From: a virus | Taxonomy: Duplodnaviria; Caudoviricetes | Strand: one strand, 5' to 3' | Virus record (IMG/VR): IMGVR_UViG_3300001683_001688 | Location: 1-52,835 of that record | Length of the DNA stretch: 52,835 bases | Shown: positions 37,324-46,633 of the stretch, piece by piece | Position numbering within the stretch: the stretch's first letter is position 1 | How the letters are laid out: the number at the start of each line of letters is the position of its first letter | Notes under the pieces: generated by a model | What the model was told of the DNA's origin: nothing | The model's database searches: none | Seen by the model: the letters and a program-made list of their open reading frames with translations, nothing else | Position numbers and translations under genes: made by a program

Positions 37324-38328
37324 ATGATTGAACCTAACAGTGTTAATTGTGTGATATATCACGCAGACTGTACTGATGGTTTTGGTGCAGCATACTCAGC
37401 GTGGAAGCTACTGGGAAATCGTGCTGAGTACTACCCTTGTAAACATGGATCACATCCCCCAAATGTTATCGGAAAGCGAGTAGTTATACTTGATTTTTCA
37501 TTTGGAAATCAAACAATAAAGAATATGATTAATGAAGCTGAAAGTCTTCTTGTAATAGACCATCACAAGTCTGCAATGGTTGAGCTTCATGACATTTCAA
37601 ATACTCATTTTGATATGACAAAAAGCGGAGCAATGCTTACATGGGAATATTTCCATCCAGGAAAAGAGCCGCCCAAATTTATCAAGTACATACAAGATAG
37701 AGATTTATGGAAGTGGGAGCTTGAATATTCAAAAGAATTCAGCGCGGCATTTGATATGGTTCCGTTTGAATTTGAGGAATTTGAAAAGTTTGAAGATGAC
37801 TCTGTCTTTGACGATGCAGTAAGAAGAGGCTCATATATTCTTGCCTACTCTAAGACTGTTATTAAAAAAGTGTGCGAGAAAGCATCTAGAAGAAGGTACA
37901 GCGGAATGGATGTTCTTGTTGTTAATTCTTCTCACTGGATGTCAGAGATCGGTGCAAGACTTTCACCAGATTGTGATTTTGCAGTGATATGGTACTATGA
38001 TCACGAAGATAGAATGATTAAGGTTAGCCTAAGATCTTTTCATGATAGAATAGACGTATCAGAGATAGCAAAGAGGTTTGGCGGCGGCGGACACAAAAAA
38101 GCTTCTGGGTTTCAATTGTCTGGAGAGCTTATCGTAGATGATATCTTTGATGTATTCGACGGAGAAGATCATCAGGTCGACGCTAGCAAAGTTGAAGAGA
38201 TTCGAGTTGATCTTGAAAATTTGACAAAAAAAGCTTCAGAGGCAGGTGTATCTGTTGTATCAGACATAGATGGACACACAGCTGTAGTCGTACAAGGTGT
38301 ATCAAGTGGATCGTCCGAAGTGGGATGA
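37324..38328 (+). CDS. DHH/DHHA1 phosphoesterase
   Basis: YHADCTDG, ILDFS, IDHH, DRDLW, SLRS, GGGGHKKASG. Confidence 0.88.
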   Translation: MIEPNSVNCVIYHADCTDGFGAAYSAWKLLGNRAEYYPCKHGSHPPNVIGKRVVILDFSFGNQTIKNMINEAESLLVIDHHKSAMVELHDISNTHFDMTKSGAMLTWEYFHPGKEPPKFIKYIQDRDLWKWELEYSKEFSAAFDMVPFEFEEFEKFEDDSVFDDAVRRGSYILAYSKTVIKKVCEKASRRRYSGMDVLVVNSSHWMSEIGARLSPDCDFAVIWYYDHEDRMIKVSLRSFHDRIDVSEIAKRFGGGGHKKASGFQLSGELIVDDIFDVFDGEDHQVDASKVEEIRVDLENLTKKASEAGVSVVSDIDGHTAVVVQGVSSGSSEVG

Positions 38329-38716
38329 AATATGGATGTCTTTTGCTCACAACATCTCTAGAAGATCTTGTGACAATAGGCACAAAGTAGGTGCAATAGT
38401 TGTAACAGGTGACAATACTCAAGTATTGTCAGTAGGGTATAATGGAAACTATACCGGTGGGCCAAATATTGTTGAATCTGATATTCCAGGAGAGTCTGGA
38501 ATGATACACGCTGAGATCAACTCTCTTTTAAAAATGGATTATAATAATCCTAAAATAAAAAATATGTATGTGACTTTATCTCCTTGCAGAATGTGCGCAA
38601 AGGCTATTGTAAATGCAGGAATTGATGCTATCATTTACGATGAAGAGTACAGAGATTCATCAGGAATTGATATTTTACGCGATGCTGGTGTTAAAGTTAA
38701 AAAATGGAACAAGTAA
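38297..38716 (+). CDS. dCMP deaminase
   Basis: RPKWDEIW, VGAIVV, GYNG, IHAEINS, SPCRMC. Confidence 0.9.
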   Translation: MYQVDRPKWDEIWMSFAHNISRRSCDNRHKVGAIVVTGDNTQVLSVGYNGNYTGGPNIVESDIPGESGMIHAEINSLLKMDYNNPKIKNMYVTLSPCRMCAKAIVNAGIDAIIYDEEYRDSSGIDILRDAGVKVKKWNK

Positions 38717-38743
38717 TGAATATTTAGATATGAGGGAGAACAT

Positions 38744-39019
38744 ATGCAGACACTTGATGCAAAGGATGTTCAATATATTATTGATATGATTCTATTAAAA
38801 AATGAAAATCTTGGTCAAGATATATTTGCCGGAAGTGGAAAAAATAAAAAAATCGTTGTAAAAGATGGATTAAAAGTTCGCCATATTCCAACGGGTCTTG
38901 TATATACAGTAATAGAGTATATTAATGATGATTCTTCTGGGCCAGCTATTAGATGCTCTCGCCCAGGAAAAGAAATTGTGATTCCTAGCAATGAATTTAA
39001 CAAGTATGTGAGGCACTAA
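38744..39019 (+). CDS. hypothetical protein (SH3/KOW-like C-terminus)
   Basis: GLKVRHIPTGLVYTV beta-barrel pattern; GGGAG RBS. Confidence 0.6.
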   Translation: MQTLDAKDVQYIIDMILLKNENLGQDIFAGSGKNKKIVVKDGLKVRHIPTGLVYTVIEYINDDSSGPAIRCSRPGKEIVIPSNEFNKYVRH

Positions 39020-39720
39020 TGTCAAAATTTACAAACAATGACCTTAAAAAGTCGATAAAAAATAGTCTAAACTTAGACACAAAAGAAGAAAATCGATTAG
39101 ATGAATCTTATGTTGTCCAAGATAAACAGTTTAATTTATCAACTGAGCTATTAAGTGAGGCAAATAAAAATAACCATATAGAACTCTATAATAAATATGT
39201 CAAAAATTTCAATAGAATAAGTGCTGAGCTTGATACGGTTGATAGAAAATCTGCTTCATCAAACTTTTCTAATTATAGGTCGCTTAAGATTGATGAAACA
39301 TATAACCTAAACGGTGTATATCTTCACGAGCTTTACTTTGCAAATATATCAGATTTGCAAAGTCAGATATCTATGGACTCTATTTCATATATGCGCCTTG
39401 CTAGGGATTTTGGATCTTTTGACGCTTGGCAGGATGATTTTATAGCTTGTTGCTTGTCCAATCAATGTGGATGGGCAGTAACATATTACAATACTTACTT
39501 AAAGAGTTATGTCAATTGCTTCATAGATCTTCATAGTATAAATGTTCCATTTGGAACATACCCTGTTATAGTTATGGACACGTGGCAGCATGCATACTAT
39601 AGGGACTACTTAAAAGATGTAAAGACGTATACTTATGGAATGATGAAACAGTTAAACTGGAATATCATTGAGAAAAGATTTAACAAAGCTGAAAAGATAG
39701 CTACAGCTCTAAGAGGATAG
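39019..39720 (+). CDS. Fe/Mn superoxide dismutase-like protein
   Basis: HIELYNKYV, YLHELYFANI, FGSFDAW, GWAV, VMDTWQHAYYRDY, LNW. Confidence 0.8.
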   Translation: MSKFTNNDLKKSIKNSLNLDTKEENRLDESYVVQDKQFNLSTELLSEANKNNHIELYNKYVKNFNRISAELDTVDRKSASSNFSNYRSLKIDETYNLNGVYLHELYFANISDLQSQISMDSISYMRLARDFGSFDAWQDDFIACCLSNQCGWAVTYYNTYLKSYVNCFIDLHSINVPFGTYPVIVMDTWQHAYYRDYLKDVKTYTYGMMKQLNWNIIEKRFNKAEKIATALRG

Positions 39721-39721
39721 A

Positions 39722-40369
39722 ATGAGATCTTTAAGAAATGAAATAAGAAAAATAATTCTTGAGCAAGTAGATGAGCTATTTTCAGACGTAGAAGACGTTA
39801 CAAGACTTTCTAGAGACTCTATTGATGATCAGATAGATTCATTTTTTATAAAGTTTGAAAATGACTCTGTGAAAGATGAAGGTCAAGAAGACGATATGTT
39901 GAGATCTCTATCTGAAATGTCGCTTAGAGCGCTTATAAGTGAACAAGACGCGCCTGAGGGAGCACCAGATGTAGAAGATGATCCTGAAGAAGACGAACTT
40001 GCTGACGAAGAAGTTGTTGATGAAGAAGAGGAAGTAATTAGTGATCCTGCAGGCAGCGAAGATGTAGATGTAACTGAGCCGGCTGAATTACCCAAGCTTC
40101 CGATAGATGTAGATGCTTTTATAAAAAGAGTTGCAAGACTTGCTCTCAACGCAGACACTTTGCTTGATGTAAAAACAGTTATAGTAAATAGAGCATTAAA
40201 CTTCCTTCGGGATAATTATGATGAAAATCACGCTGAGCAAGCATCTCAAATACTAGACACTCAATTTGATTTTAATATAGGCGGTAAAAAAGATCCACCT
40301 GCTGCACCCGATGCTGTAGGTGCATGGGCTGGAGGAACTGGAGGACTCGGCGGCGGCGGCGGCGGATGA
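39722..40369 (+). CDS. acidic hypothetical (probable head/scaffold-associated) protein with poly-Gly C-terminus
   Basis: MRSLRNEIRKIILEQ N-terminus, D/E-rich linker, ends GGTGGLGGGGGG. Confidence 0.7.
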   Translation: MRSLRNEIRKIILEQVDELFSDVEDVTRLSRDSIDDQIDSFFIKFENDSVKDEGQEDDMLRSLSEMSLRALISEQDAPEGAPDVEDDPEEDELADEEVVDEEEEVISDPAGSEDVDVTEPAELPKLPIDVDAFIKRVARLALNADTLLDVKTVIVNRALNFLRDNYDENHAEQASQILDTQFDFNIGGKKDPPAAPDAVGAWAGGTGGLGGGGGG

Positions 40370-40656
40370 TGCCTAAGACCTACAAGGATTTTGAGACAAA
40401 GAAGACAATTCACTTTACTATAACTAGAGAATCTCATTCAAAGCTAAGAATAGCGTGCTTTAATAAAAGATTATCCATGCAGGAAATATTTGAAGAGATC
40501 GCGCAGAGAATAGCATCAGATTCTCCTGATATGATTAGACTTTTGGATGACTTAAGTAAAAATAAGAGAGACAAAGTTATAAAGAAGTTATCAAAAACAG
40601 ACGCAGAGTCACTATTTAATCTAATAGAAGAAGAGAATCCTCTAAGTGAGAAATAG
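40366..40656 (+). CDS. ribbon-helix-helix-like DNA-binding protein
   Basis: KKTIHFTITRESHSKLRIAC...LSMQEIFEEI strand-helix-helix pattern; ATGA overlap with the upstream stop. Confidence 0.55.
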   Translation: MMPKTYKDFETKKTIHFTITRESHSKLRIACFNKRLSMQEIFEEIAQRIASDSPDMIRLLDDLSKNKRDKVIKKLSKTDAESLFNLIEEENPLSEK

Positions 40657-40671
40657 TTATAATAGGGCACT

Positions 40672-41388
40672 GTGAGACTTTTACTAATAATAGCTGCTTT
40701 ATTTATACCTTTATCATCTTTTGCAACTGATGATAATTCTTCTCAGTATAGAACAATTGAAGTAAGATCTTCTAGAATATCTAGTGTTGAAAGAAATGTT
40801 AGAGATGCTGCTGTTTATATTTTAATAGGATTAGGACACGGGTCTGGGTCTTTGATAAAATACAAGGGTACTCAGTTCATTATCACAGCACAGCATGTTG
40901 CTAGTGGAGAGATAGGATCTAGCTATATTGTTAAAAAGGAGAAAGAGGTGCAATCTGCATCTTTAATCTATTCTGATTTAACAAATGACATAGCTGTTTT
41001 ATGGTTAAAAAATGAGTTTGAATCAGTTGATCCTATGAGATTTTCTACAGAAAAAACAGTTCCAGATATAGGAGATGAAATAACCTATTCTGGGTATCCG
41101 TCAAGTCACGATATAATGACGTATAGGGGACGAGTTGCAGGATTTGAAAGTATTCCTAGTGCAGGAAATCAAATTCTTTTACATACGTTCGGATGGTTCG
41201 GATGTTCAGGATCTGTTGTGTTTGACACAGGCGGAAATATTGTTGGAGTTCTATGGGGAATAGATGTTTTAAATGGAGTCCCAGTTGAATCAATGATATG
41301 GGTAAGCCCAATTCAAAATCTAGACATAGACGAAGCACTTTCAGAGTTTTGTAACTCTACAGCAGAAGAAGTGAGAGCTTGTAGGTGA
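40672..41388 (+). CDS. secreted trypsin-like serine protease
   Basis: Signal peptide; ITAQHV (His), DIAVL (Asp), GWFGCSGS (Ser). Confidence 0.8.
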   Translation: MRLLLIIAALFIPLSSFATDDNSSQYRTIEVRSSRISSVERNVRDAAVYILIGLGHGSGSLIKYKGTQFIITAQHVASGEIGSSYIVKKEKEVQSASLIYSDLTNDIAVLWLKNEFESVDPMRFSTEKTVPDIGDEITYSGYPSSHDIMTYRGRVAGFESIPSAGNQILLHTFGWFGCSGSVVFDTGGNIVGVLWGIDVLNGVPVESMIWVSPIQNLDIDEALSEFCNSTAEEVRACR

Positions 41389-41391
41389 TTT

Positions 41392-41694
41392 ATGAAAAAA
41401 CTTATTGAGTCTTTTTTTCACAAATTTATGATTTTAAAAAGAATTAAAGATCTTGAAAATCTAAATAGTGAAAGACAAAAAGAGATAGATCAGCTAAAGT
41501 TAATAACATTAAGTCAGACTACTGTTATTTCGAATCTAGCAAAAGTATATCATGATATGTATGAAACATTGGAAAAACTCTCTTATACACGTACGCGAGA
41601 TATAAATGATATGTCATATACTGATGCAGATATTGATCAAATATATAAAAATTTTATATCTAGCTGCACCTCAGATGATGATCTCTTAAACTAG
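41392..41694 (+). CDS. hypothetical coiled-coil protein
   Basis: AGGTG RBS, 100 aa. Confidence 0.55.
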   Translation: MKKLIESFFHKFMILKRIKDLENLNSERQKEIDQLKLITLSQTTVISNLAKVYHDMYETLEKLSYTRTRDINDMSYTDADIDQIYKNFISSCTSDDDLLN

Positions 41695-41722
41695 CATAAT
41701 AGTTATTGCTATAGGGGATATT

Positions 41723-41914
41723 ATGAAAAAAGGAATATTAGATAAAGTAACAGAGAAAGTTATATCACGAAAGCTTCTTGTATTCTTAACTGCAACAGGA
41801 TTAATGATGTGGTCAACACTCGACTCAGAGACATGGGGCCTTATTGCTATTTGCTATATCGGTGGTCAATCTGTGATTGATGCAGCTAAGATGTGGAGAC
41901 ATGGTGCAGACTAG
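41723..41914 (+). CDS. small two-TM membrane protein (holin-like)
   Basis: SRKLLVFL...WGLIAICYIGGQSVID; GGGGA RBS. Confidence 0.5.
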   Translation: MKKGILDKVTEKVISRKLLVFLTATGLMMWSTLDSETWGLIAICYIGGQSVIDAAKMWRHGAD

Positions 41915-42314
41915 CCTGTGGCTTGTGTCTGTTAAGAGATTTTTAAAGCGTGCTTATGCGTGGTTTAAGAAAAATTGGCAGCTTGTAGTTGGATTTTGTC
42001 TTGCTGTTGTTCTCTTTGTTTTAGCAAGGGGTAAGTTTGACATATCTGCCTATCTAGAAAAAATTAGAGAGGGCTATGGCAGAGAGATAGACGCCATAGA
42101 TAAATCTCATAAGATAGAGCTTAAGAAGAGAGAAGAGGCTCTTAGGATACGAGATGAGAGTATTCGAGAAGCTGAGAAAAATCTTGATAAAAATATAATC
42201 AATCTTGAAGAGAGAAAGAGAAAGATCGCAGATGATCTCTTAAGAGATGAAAATTCAAATGATAAGATAGCAGAGGGATTGTCAGATATAACTGGAATTG
42301 ATATTCACGATTAA
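41901..42314 (+). CDS. membrane-anchored coiled-coil protein (i-spanin-like)
   Basis: One TM (WQLVVGFCLAVVLFVL) followed by a long charged coiled coil; ATG at 41901 after GGAG. Confidence 0.5.
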   Translation: MVQTSLWLVSVKRFLKRAYAWFKKNWQLVVGFCLAVVLFVLARGKFDISAYLEKIREGYGREIDAIDKSHKIELKKREEALRIRDESIREAEKNLDKNIINLEERKRKIADDLLRDENSNDKIAEGLSDITGIDIHD

Positions 42315-42339
42315 TTCTCTATAGAATATAATTCTTATT

Positions 42340-42831
42340 ATGAGACAATCACTTAAAACAATATTAGCTTTAACACTCTTGAGCTTTCTATCTTTTATTT
42401 TATGTTCTCCGTCATACGCTCAGGATTCTGATGTTGATGTAGAGGGGCTTGAGAGAATTGCATCAATTAGCACTGGAGACACTGCTCCGTTTTCTGGAAC
42501 TCTATTTAGCACAGCCGCTGCAGCTAGACTTCTTGCCGATCTAGAGACAGCAAATGAACTTTGTAGTATAAAATGTGATGAAGCAGTCGAGATTTCAAGA
42601 GCTGAGATGCAATACCAGCTTGATATTCTTCAAGCGTCAAAGGATGCAATTCAGGAGAGGTTTGATGCCACACTTGATATAAGGGATGATCAAATTGAAT
42701 TTTTAGAAAAGCACACTATGAAATCAGGAATTTCCCGAGAGATGTATTTTGGTGTAGGAGTTTTGGGAGGTGTTGCCTTGACCATAGGGTCTGCGTATGT
42801 TATTCATCTATCTATTAATGATAATCAATAA
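42340..42831 (+). CDS. secreted coiled-coil protein with C-terminal TM anchor
   Basis: Signal peptide ending SPSYA, GDTAPFSGTLF, coiled coil, C-terminal GVGVLGGVALTIG TM. Confidence 0.6.
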   Translation: MRQSLKTILALTLLSFLSFILCSPSYAQDSDVDVEGLERIASISTGDTAPFSGTLFSTAAAARLLADLETANELCSIKCDEAVEISRAEMQYQLDILQASKDAIQERFDATLDIRDDQIEFLEKHTMKSGISREMYFGVGVLGGVALTIGSAYVIHLSINDNQ

Positions 42832-42875
42832 ATCTTTACATCAGTGTGGAATAATTATTAGTATGGAGTATTGGC

Positions 42876-44780
42876 ATGCAAGTCGTTGTTAAAAGATCAG
42901 CGCTTTTTACAGCGCTTAAAAATATTATAAGTGAAAATAGAACTGGTGAATCTGGAAGAATAGATGATATAATGAGAGATGCTGCTATGGGCGAAGAGCC
43001 CATAGAGGCAACCGAGCAAATGGCGACACAGCTATCAGTTGACATGCCAGATGTCTCCGACGTTGATTTTGTTCCTGCAACTATTGAACAGCTGTCAAGA
43101 TCAGCTTATGTAATTGCGAATGCAGTTCCGCCCGATGAAGTAGAGTGGTTCTATAGAATGCTTCATGATATGCTAGACCAATCTCTAGATAGAGATTCTA
43201 AAGTATCTGAAGAAGAGGTAGAAGAGATCGAGGTAGAAATAAATGAGTCTATTGTTAACAAGGTTATATCACTTCTTCTTGAGCAGGATGATGAGTGGAC
43301 TGATGATGAGCTTGATAGGATTGAAGTTGCTAAACATCAGGTTGAAGAATATCTAGAGTCAATTAATTTTGGACACTCAGAAAAAGAGATGCCATCTGGA
43401 AAAGTACTCAATCTTCCCTTTTGGCAAGCTATTATGAAACTATCTCTTGATGACACAATCGGGCCTAAAAGCCTAGACCCGAAGATTGCAGAAATTATAC
43501 TTGACTTATCATCAGAAGAGGCAGAAAGAGTTTTAGATATTATAAGAGAAACGTGGATGGGATATGCACGAATACCAGTTCCTAAGCAAGATCCAAATCA
43601 GATCGCAGTCAGACAGGTTCTTGCAAAAGAGCTAGATGTGCTACTCACACAATACACGTATTGGGATATAATAGACATATATGAAAAAAGATTATCAGAC
43701 GAGTCTACATCACCCGAGTGGTTTCAAGATCGTCTAAAACACAAAGATGGAGAGATGTGGAGAGTCGGAACAAGAGGTATGATTGACACTGTAAAGACTA
43801 GAATAAGATCTCCTGAAAAGAGAGAGAGAACTGACTTCACTGTTAAGTCAGGTCACTATAGAGAAGACACTGGTGATGATGAAGATATAGCGACGTCGAG
43901 CGGAATGTCTGAGGAAGAACGGCTTAAGACTCTAGATTCTCTTGCGCCGCTCTTTGGATTTAGAAATGCAAGCGGTCTTCGCCAATGGAGAATGAAATTT
44001 CCAGAAGCAATCTTTAAATCTGTAATAGGGTCAGAGGGCGGAATCAAAGCATATGAAGGATATTCCGACGTAGTATTTGATTACCTTTCAGCCCTTTTAG
44101 ACAATCTATCTGATGCGGTCGCACAAGTTTCTGAAAATCTAGAAGATGCAGCTGAGAAAGATCCTGATAACGAAGATATTTCTGAAACGCTAAAAGCACT
44201 CCAGCAAATTGATATAGATCTTGTGGAGATAAAAGAGAAGAGGGATAATGATCCAGAAGAGGCTCTTGATACAACAATGCTATTGACCACACTCGGAGGC
44301 AAGGTTCTTAGACAGGTGTTTAGTACTTATTTTTACAGAAATGAGTTTATAGATTATGCCAGGGAGATGATGAAACATATGACCGCATCTATAGCTGGTA
44401 TGGGAGTTAATTCTAAAACAGCAAAAGGCTTTGCAAAGATGTTTAACGGAGAGGTTGCTCTTCAGCTGTTTAACTCTGGTGCAAGGCAGATGGAGAAGTT
44501 GAAAGCAGGCGGTATAACATCTGAGATATATACACAATCACTTTCAGTTGCGGAGAGATTTAATAAAGATTTTTTTGGAGGCAAGCGTCTTAAAGATGTC
44601 AAGGCGACATTTATGAAGCTGCTTAAAGATGATGCCAAGTTGCAAAAAGCATTACTACATGCAATTCCAGACGCTCTATCTTGGGGAAAGATAGAAAGAG
44701 AGAACCCGCAGCTTAAAGTACAATCTCCAGAAGACTTAGCTGAGCAAAAAATTAGAAAGTTAATCTCAGGAATGATTTAA
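42876..44780 (+). CDS. large acidic hypothetical protein (probable internal head protein)
   Basis: 634 aa; LKNIISE, VISLLLEQ and KIRKLISG motifs. Confidence 0.7.
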   Translation: MQVVVKRSALFTALKNIISENRTGESGRIDDIMRDAAMGEEPIEATEQMATQLSVDMPDVSDVDFVPATIEQLSRSAYVIANAVPPDEVEWFYRMLHDMLDQSLDRDSKVSEEEVEEIEVEINESIVNKVISLLLEQDDEWTDDELDRIEVAKHQVEEYLESINFGHSEKEMPSGKVLNLPFWQAIMKLSLDDTIGPKSLDPKIAEIILDLSSEEAERVLDIIRETWMGYARIPVPKQDPNQIAVRQVLAKELDVLLTQYTYWDIIDIYEKRLSDESTSPEWFQDRLKHKDGEMWRVGTRGMIDTVKTRIRSPEKRERTDFTVKSGHYREDTGDDEDIATSSGMSEEERLKTLDSLAPLFGFRNASGLRQWRMKFPEAIFKSVIGSEGGIKAYEGYSDVVFDYLSALLDNLSDAVAQVSENLEDAAEKDPDNEDISETLKALQQIDIDLVEIKEKRDNDPEEALDTTMLLTTLGGKVLRQVFSTYFYRNEFIDYAREMMKHMTASIAGMGVNSKTAKGFAKMFNGEVALQLFNSGARQMEKLKAGGITSEIYTQSLSVAERFNKDFFGGKRLKDVKATFMKLLKDDAKLQKALLHAIPDALSWGKIERENPQLKVQSPEDLAEQKIRKLISGMI

Positions 44781-45187
44781 TGAGATTGTTAGAGTTCTTA
44801 AACAAGACTGGTGAAGCTTCTCTTCCAACAGGATCAGTCGAGATAGTGTTAGGGGCTCTAAGAACAACTGTTCCTGACCCCAGTCTGCCCATCGATGCAA
44901 ACATTTCAGATTGGATAACAGCCTCTGACCCAGAGAGACTCATAAAGACTTTTGTATTCGACACACCTGCACACGTGGCATATTTTGTAAGTGAATTAAT
45001 GCTATATCAAGAAGAGACTCATCATCATGCCAAGATCATTATAGATTTTAGAGATGTAACAGTAGAGACATATACACATGATATTAACTCAGTTACTAGA
45101 CAAGATATTGTACTAACAGAATTTTGTGATGAAATATATAATGATATCTCTTTTTTAGACTATGCGAGAAATAATGTCAGTAGATAA
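44780..45187 (+). CDS. pterin-4-alpha-carbinolamine dehydratase-like protein
   Basis: LIKTFVF...EETHHHAKI...ETYTHD...VTRQDI. Confidence 0.8.
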   Translation: MRLLEFLNKTGEASLPTGSVEIVLGALRTTVPDPSLPIDANISDWITASDPERLIKTFVFDTPAHVAYFVSELMLYQEETHHHAKIIIDFRDVTVETYTHDINSVTRQDIVLTEFCDEIYNDISFLDYARNNVSR

Positions 45188-45557
45188 TGTTACAGTTTTT
45201 GTAAGTGAGTCAATATCAGATAAAATTGCCATGGACCAGTTTTACGATAATATCGAAACACAAGACGTAAATGTTACAATTAATACTGGCACGACTACAG
45301 TATCTGGAAGAATGATATCACTTAGAGTTGATAGTTCTTGGAATTCATCTCTTAGCGTAAAGTTTGTAACAAGCGCAGACGATGTTTCAAAAATGATGTT
45401 TTCTAAGTCTATAGAGTCAATAGATTTCACATCTGGAACAGATAGAAAAGATATTAAATCTTTTAATAACGTCGCCTTGATATCTCAGCAATTTGATATA
45501 GATTACAAAAACAATCAGTGCATATACGAGTTTATATTTGAGATGCATAATATTTAA
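45174..45557 (+). CDS. hypothetical protein
   Basis: Beta-rich ORF in operon arrangement. Confidence 0.55.
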   Translation: MSVDNVTVFVSESISDKIAMDQFYDNIETQDVNVTINTGTTTVSGRMISLRVDSSWNSSLSVKFVTSADDVSKMMFSKSIESIDFTSGTDRKDIKSFNNVALISQQFDIDYKNNQCIYEFIFEMHNI

Positions 45558-45574
45558 CATTAACGGAGAACACC

Positions 45575-45763
45575 ATGGCTTCAGGCAAAAACGAAAAATT
45601 TAAGTTTGACAAGTTTATAAAAAATATTGTTGAAAGAGAAGAAAGCGGTAGACAAAGAGTGGCAGATCATTTTGAAGGACAGGAAGAGCTTCCTCAAAGA
45701 AAATATAATAAGCTATACAGAGAGCTCTGGCAGAATTCAACAAGATTTAGGAGAAAAAAGTGA
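45575..45763 (+). CDS. small basic hypothetical protein
   Basis: GGAG RBS after an ATATTTA motif. Confidence 0.6.
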   Translation: MASGKNEKFKFDKFIKNIVEREESGRQRVADHFEGQEELPQRKYNKLYRELWQNSTRFRRKK

Positions 45764-46410
45764 GCAGAATAGATTTAAATACTCCTGATGATATTATTTC
45801 ATTTTTGAGAATTCTCGCAGAAGAGAGTGTAGATCATGCGCAAGAAATGCTTTCTAACAAATTGAAGAAAGATGAAAAGGTGTATGGCAAGCTCGACGAG
45901 GTCGATCCCCCTGAGGATGATGAATCAGCGGGTGATGCACCAGCTGAAGATGAGGAAGATGAGGTTATAACAACAGAAGATGAGACAGCTAGTCTAGAAG
46001 TCTCTATGGATAGTATATCTGACGCTATTAAGCAACTAAGAAGTGGAAGATCTGTTGATGACAGCGCAATGAAGACACAGCTTAGGACATATTTTAATAG
46101 ACTAGAAGAGACAGAGAGAGAGGCGCTTTTAGCATTTTTAACAGCATTCTCTGGGATACTAACTGGTGTTGCATCTGGCGAGAATGCTCCTGACCCTAGC
46201 GACTCTCCATATAATATTACGATGACTCACACAGGCGAAGAAGAGACTGTTAATATCTCTGAGCCAGTAACTGATGAAGAGGATATTGAAGTAGATGAGG
46301 AAGAAGATACTTCTAGCGAGCCTGCAGATAAGCCACCTATAAAGGCTGGAGCTAAAAGGCAGTCTCTTCAAGAAATTAGAAAGAAAGTTAGAGAATTAAT
46401 GACATCCTGA
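45760..46410 (+). CDS. acidic hypothetical (probable head-associated) protein
   Basis: FLRILAEE N-terminal and LQEIRKKVRELM C-terminal motifs; D/E-rich linkers around a LRSGRS helical core. Confidence 0.7.
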   Translation: MSRIDLNTPDDIISFLRILAEESVDHAQEMLSNKLKKDEKVYGKLDEVDPPEDDESAGDAPAEDEEDEVITTEDETASLEVSMDSISDAIKQLRSGRSVDDSAMKTQLRTYFNRLEETEREALLAFLTAFSGILTGVASGENAPDPSDSPYNITMTHTGEEETVNISEPVTDEEDIEVDEEEDTSSEPADKPPIKAGAKRQSLQEIRKKVRELMTS

Positions 46411-46413
46411 TAG

Positions 46414-46442
46414 TTGTACATTTTAAAATTAAATGTTATAAT
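46414..46442 (+). promoter_or_regulatory. sigma70-like promoter with extended -10
   Basis: TTGTAC-N17-TATAAT with TGn; ATG 5 nt downstream, suggesting a leaderless transcript. Confidence 0.6.
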
Positions 46443-46447
46443 AATTT

Positions 46448-46633
46448 ATGGAAAAAATAAATGTAAGTTTGCCGCAAGGTGGAGATCTTGAGGTTCATAT
46501 TACTCCTGACTTTATTGCAAAAATTAAAGAACACTTCAATCTTGACTCCACTGAAAGTGTGAGTCATGATCATATAAGAATGTTTATATACGGAAGTGTT
46601 AAAAATGCTGTTGACAAAGCTGAGAAACACTAA
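46448..46633 (+). CDS. small hypothetical protein
   Basis: 61 aa, directly after the promoter. Confidence 0.6.
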   Translation: MEKINVSLPQGGDLEVHITPDFIAKIKEHFNLDSTESVSHDHIRMFIYGSVKNAVDKAEKH

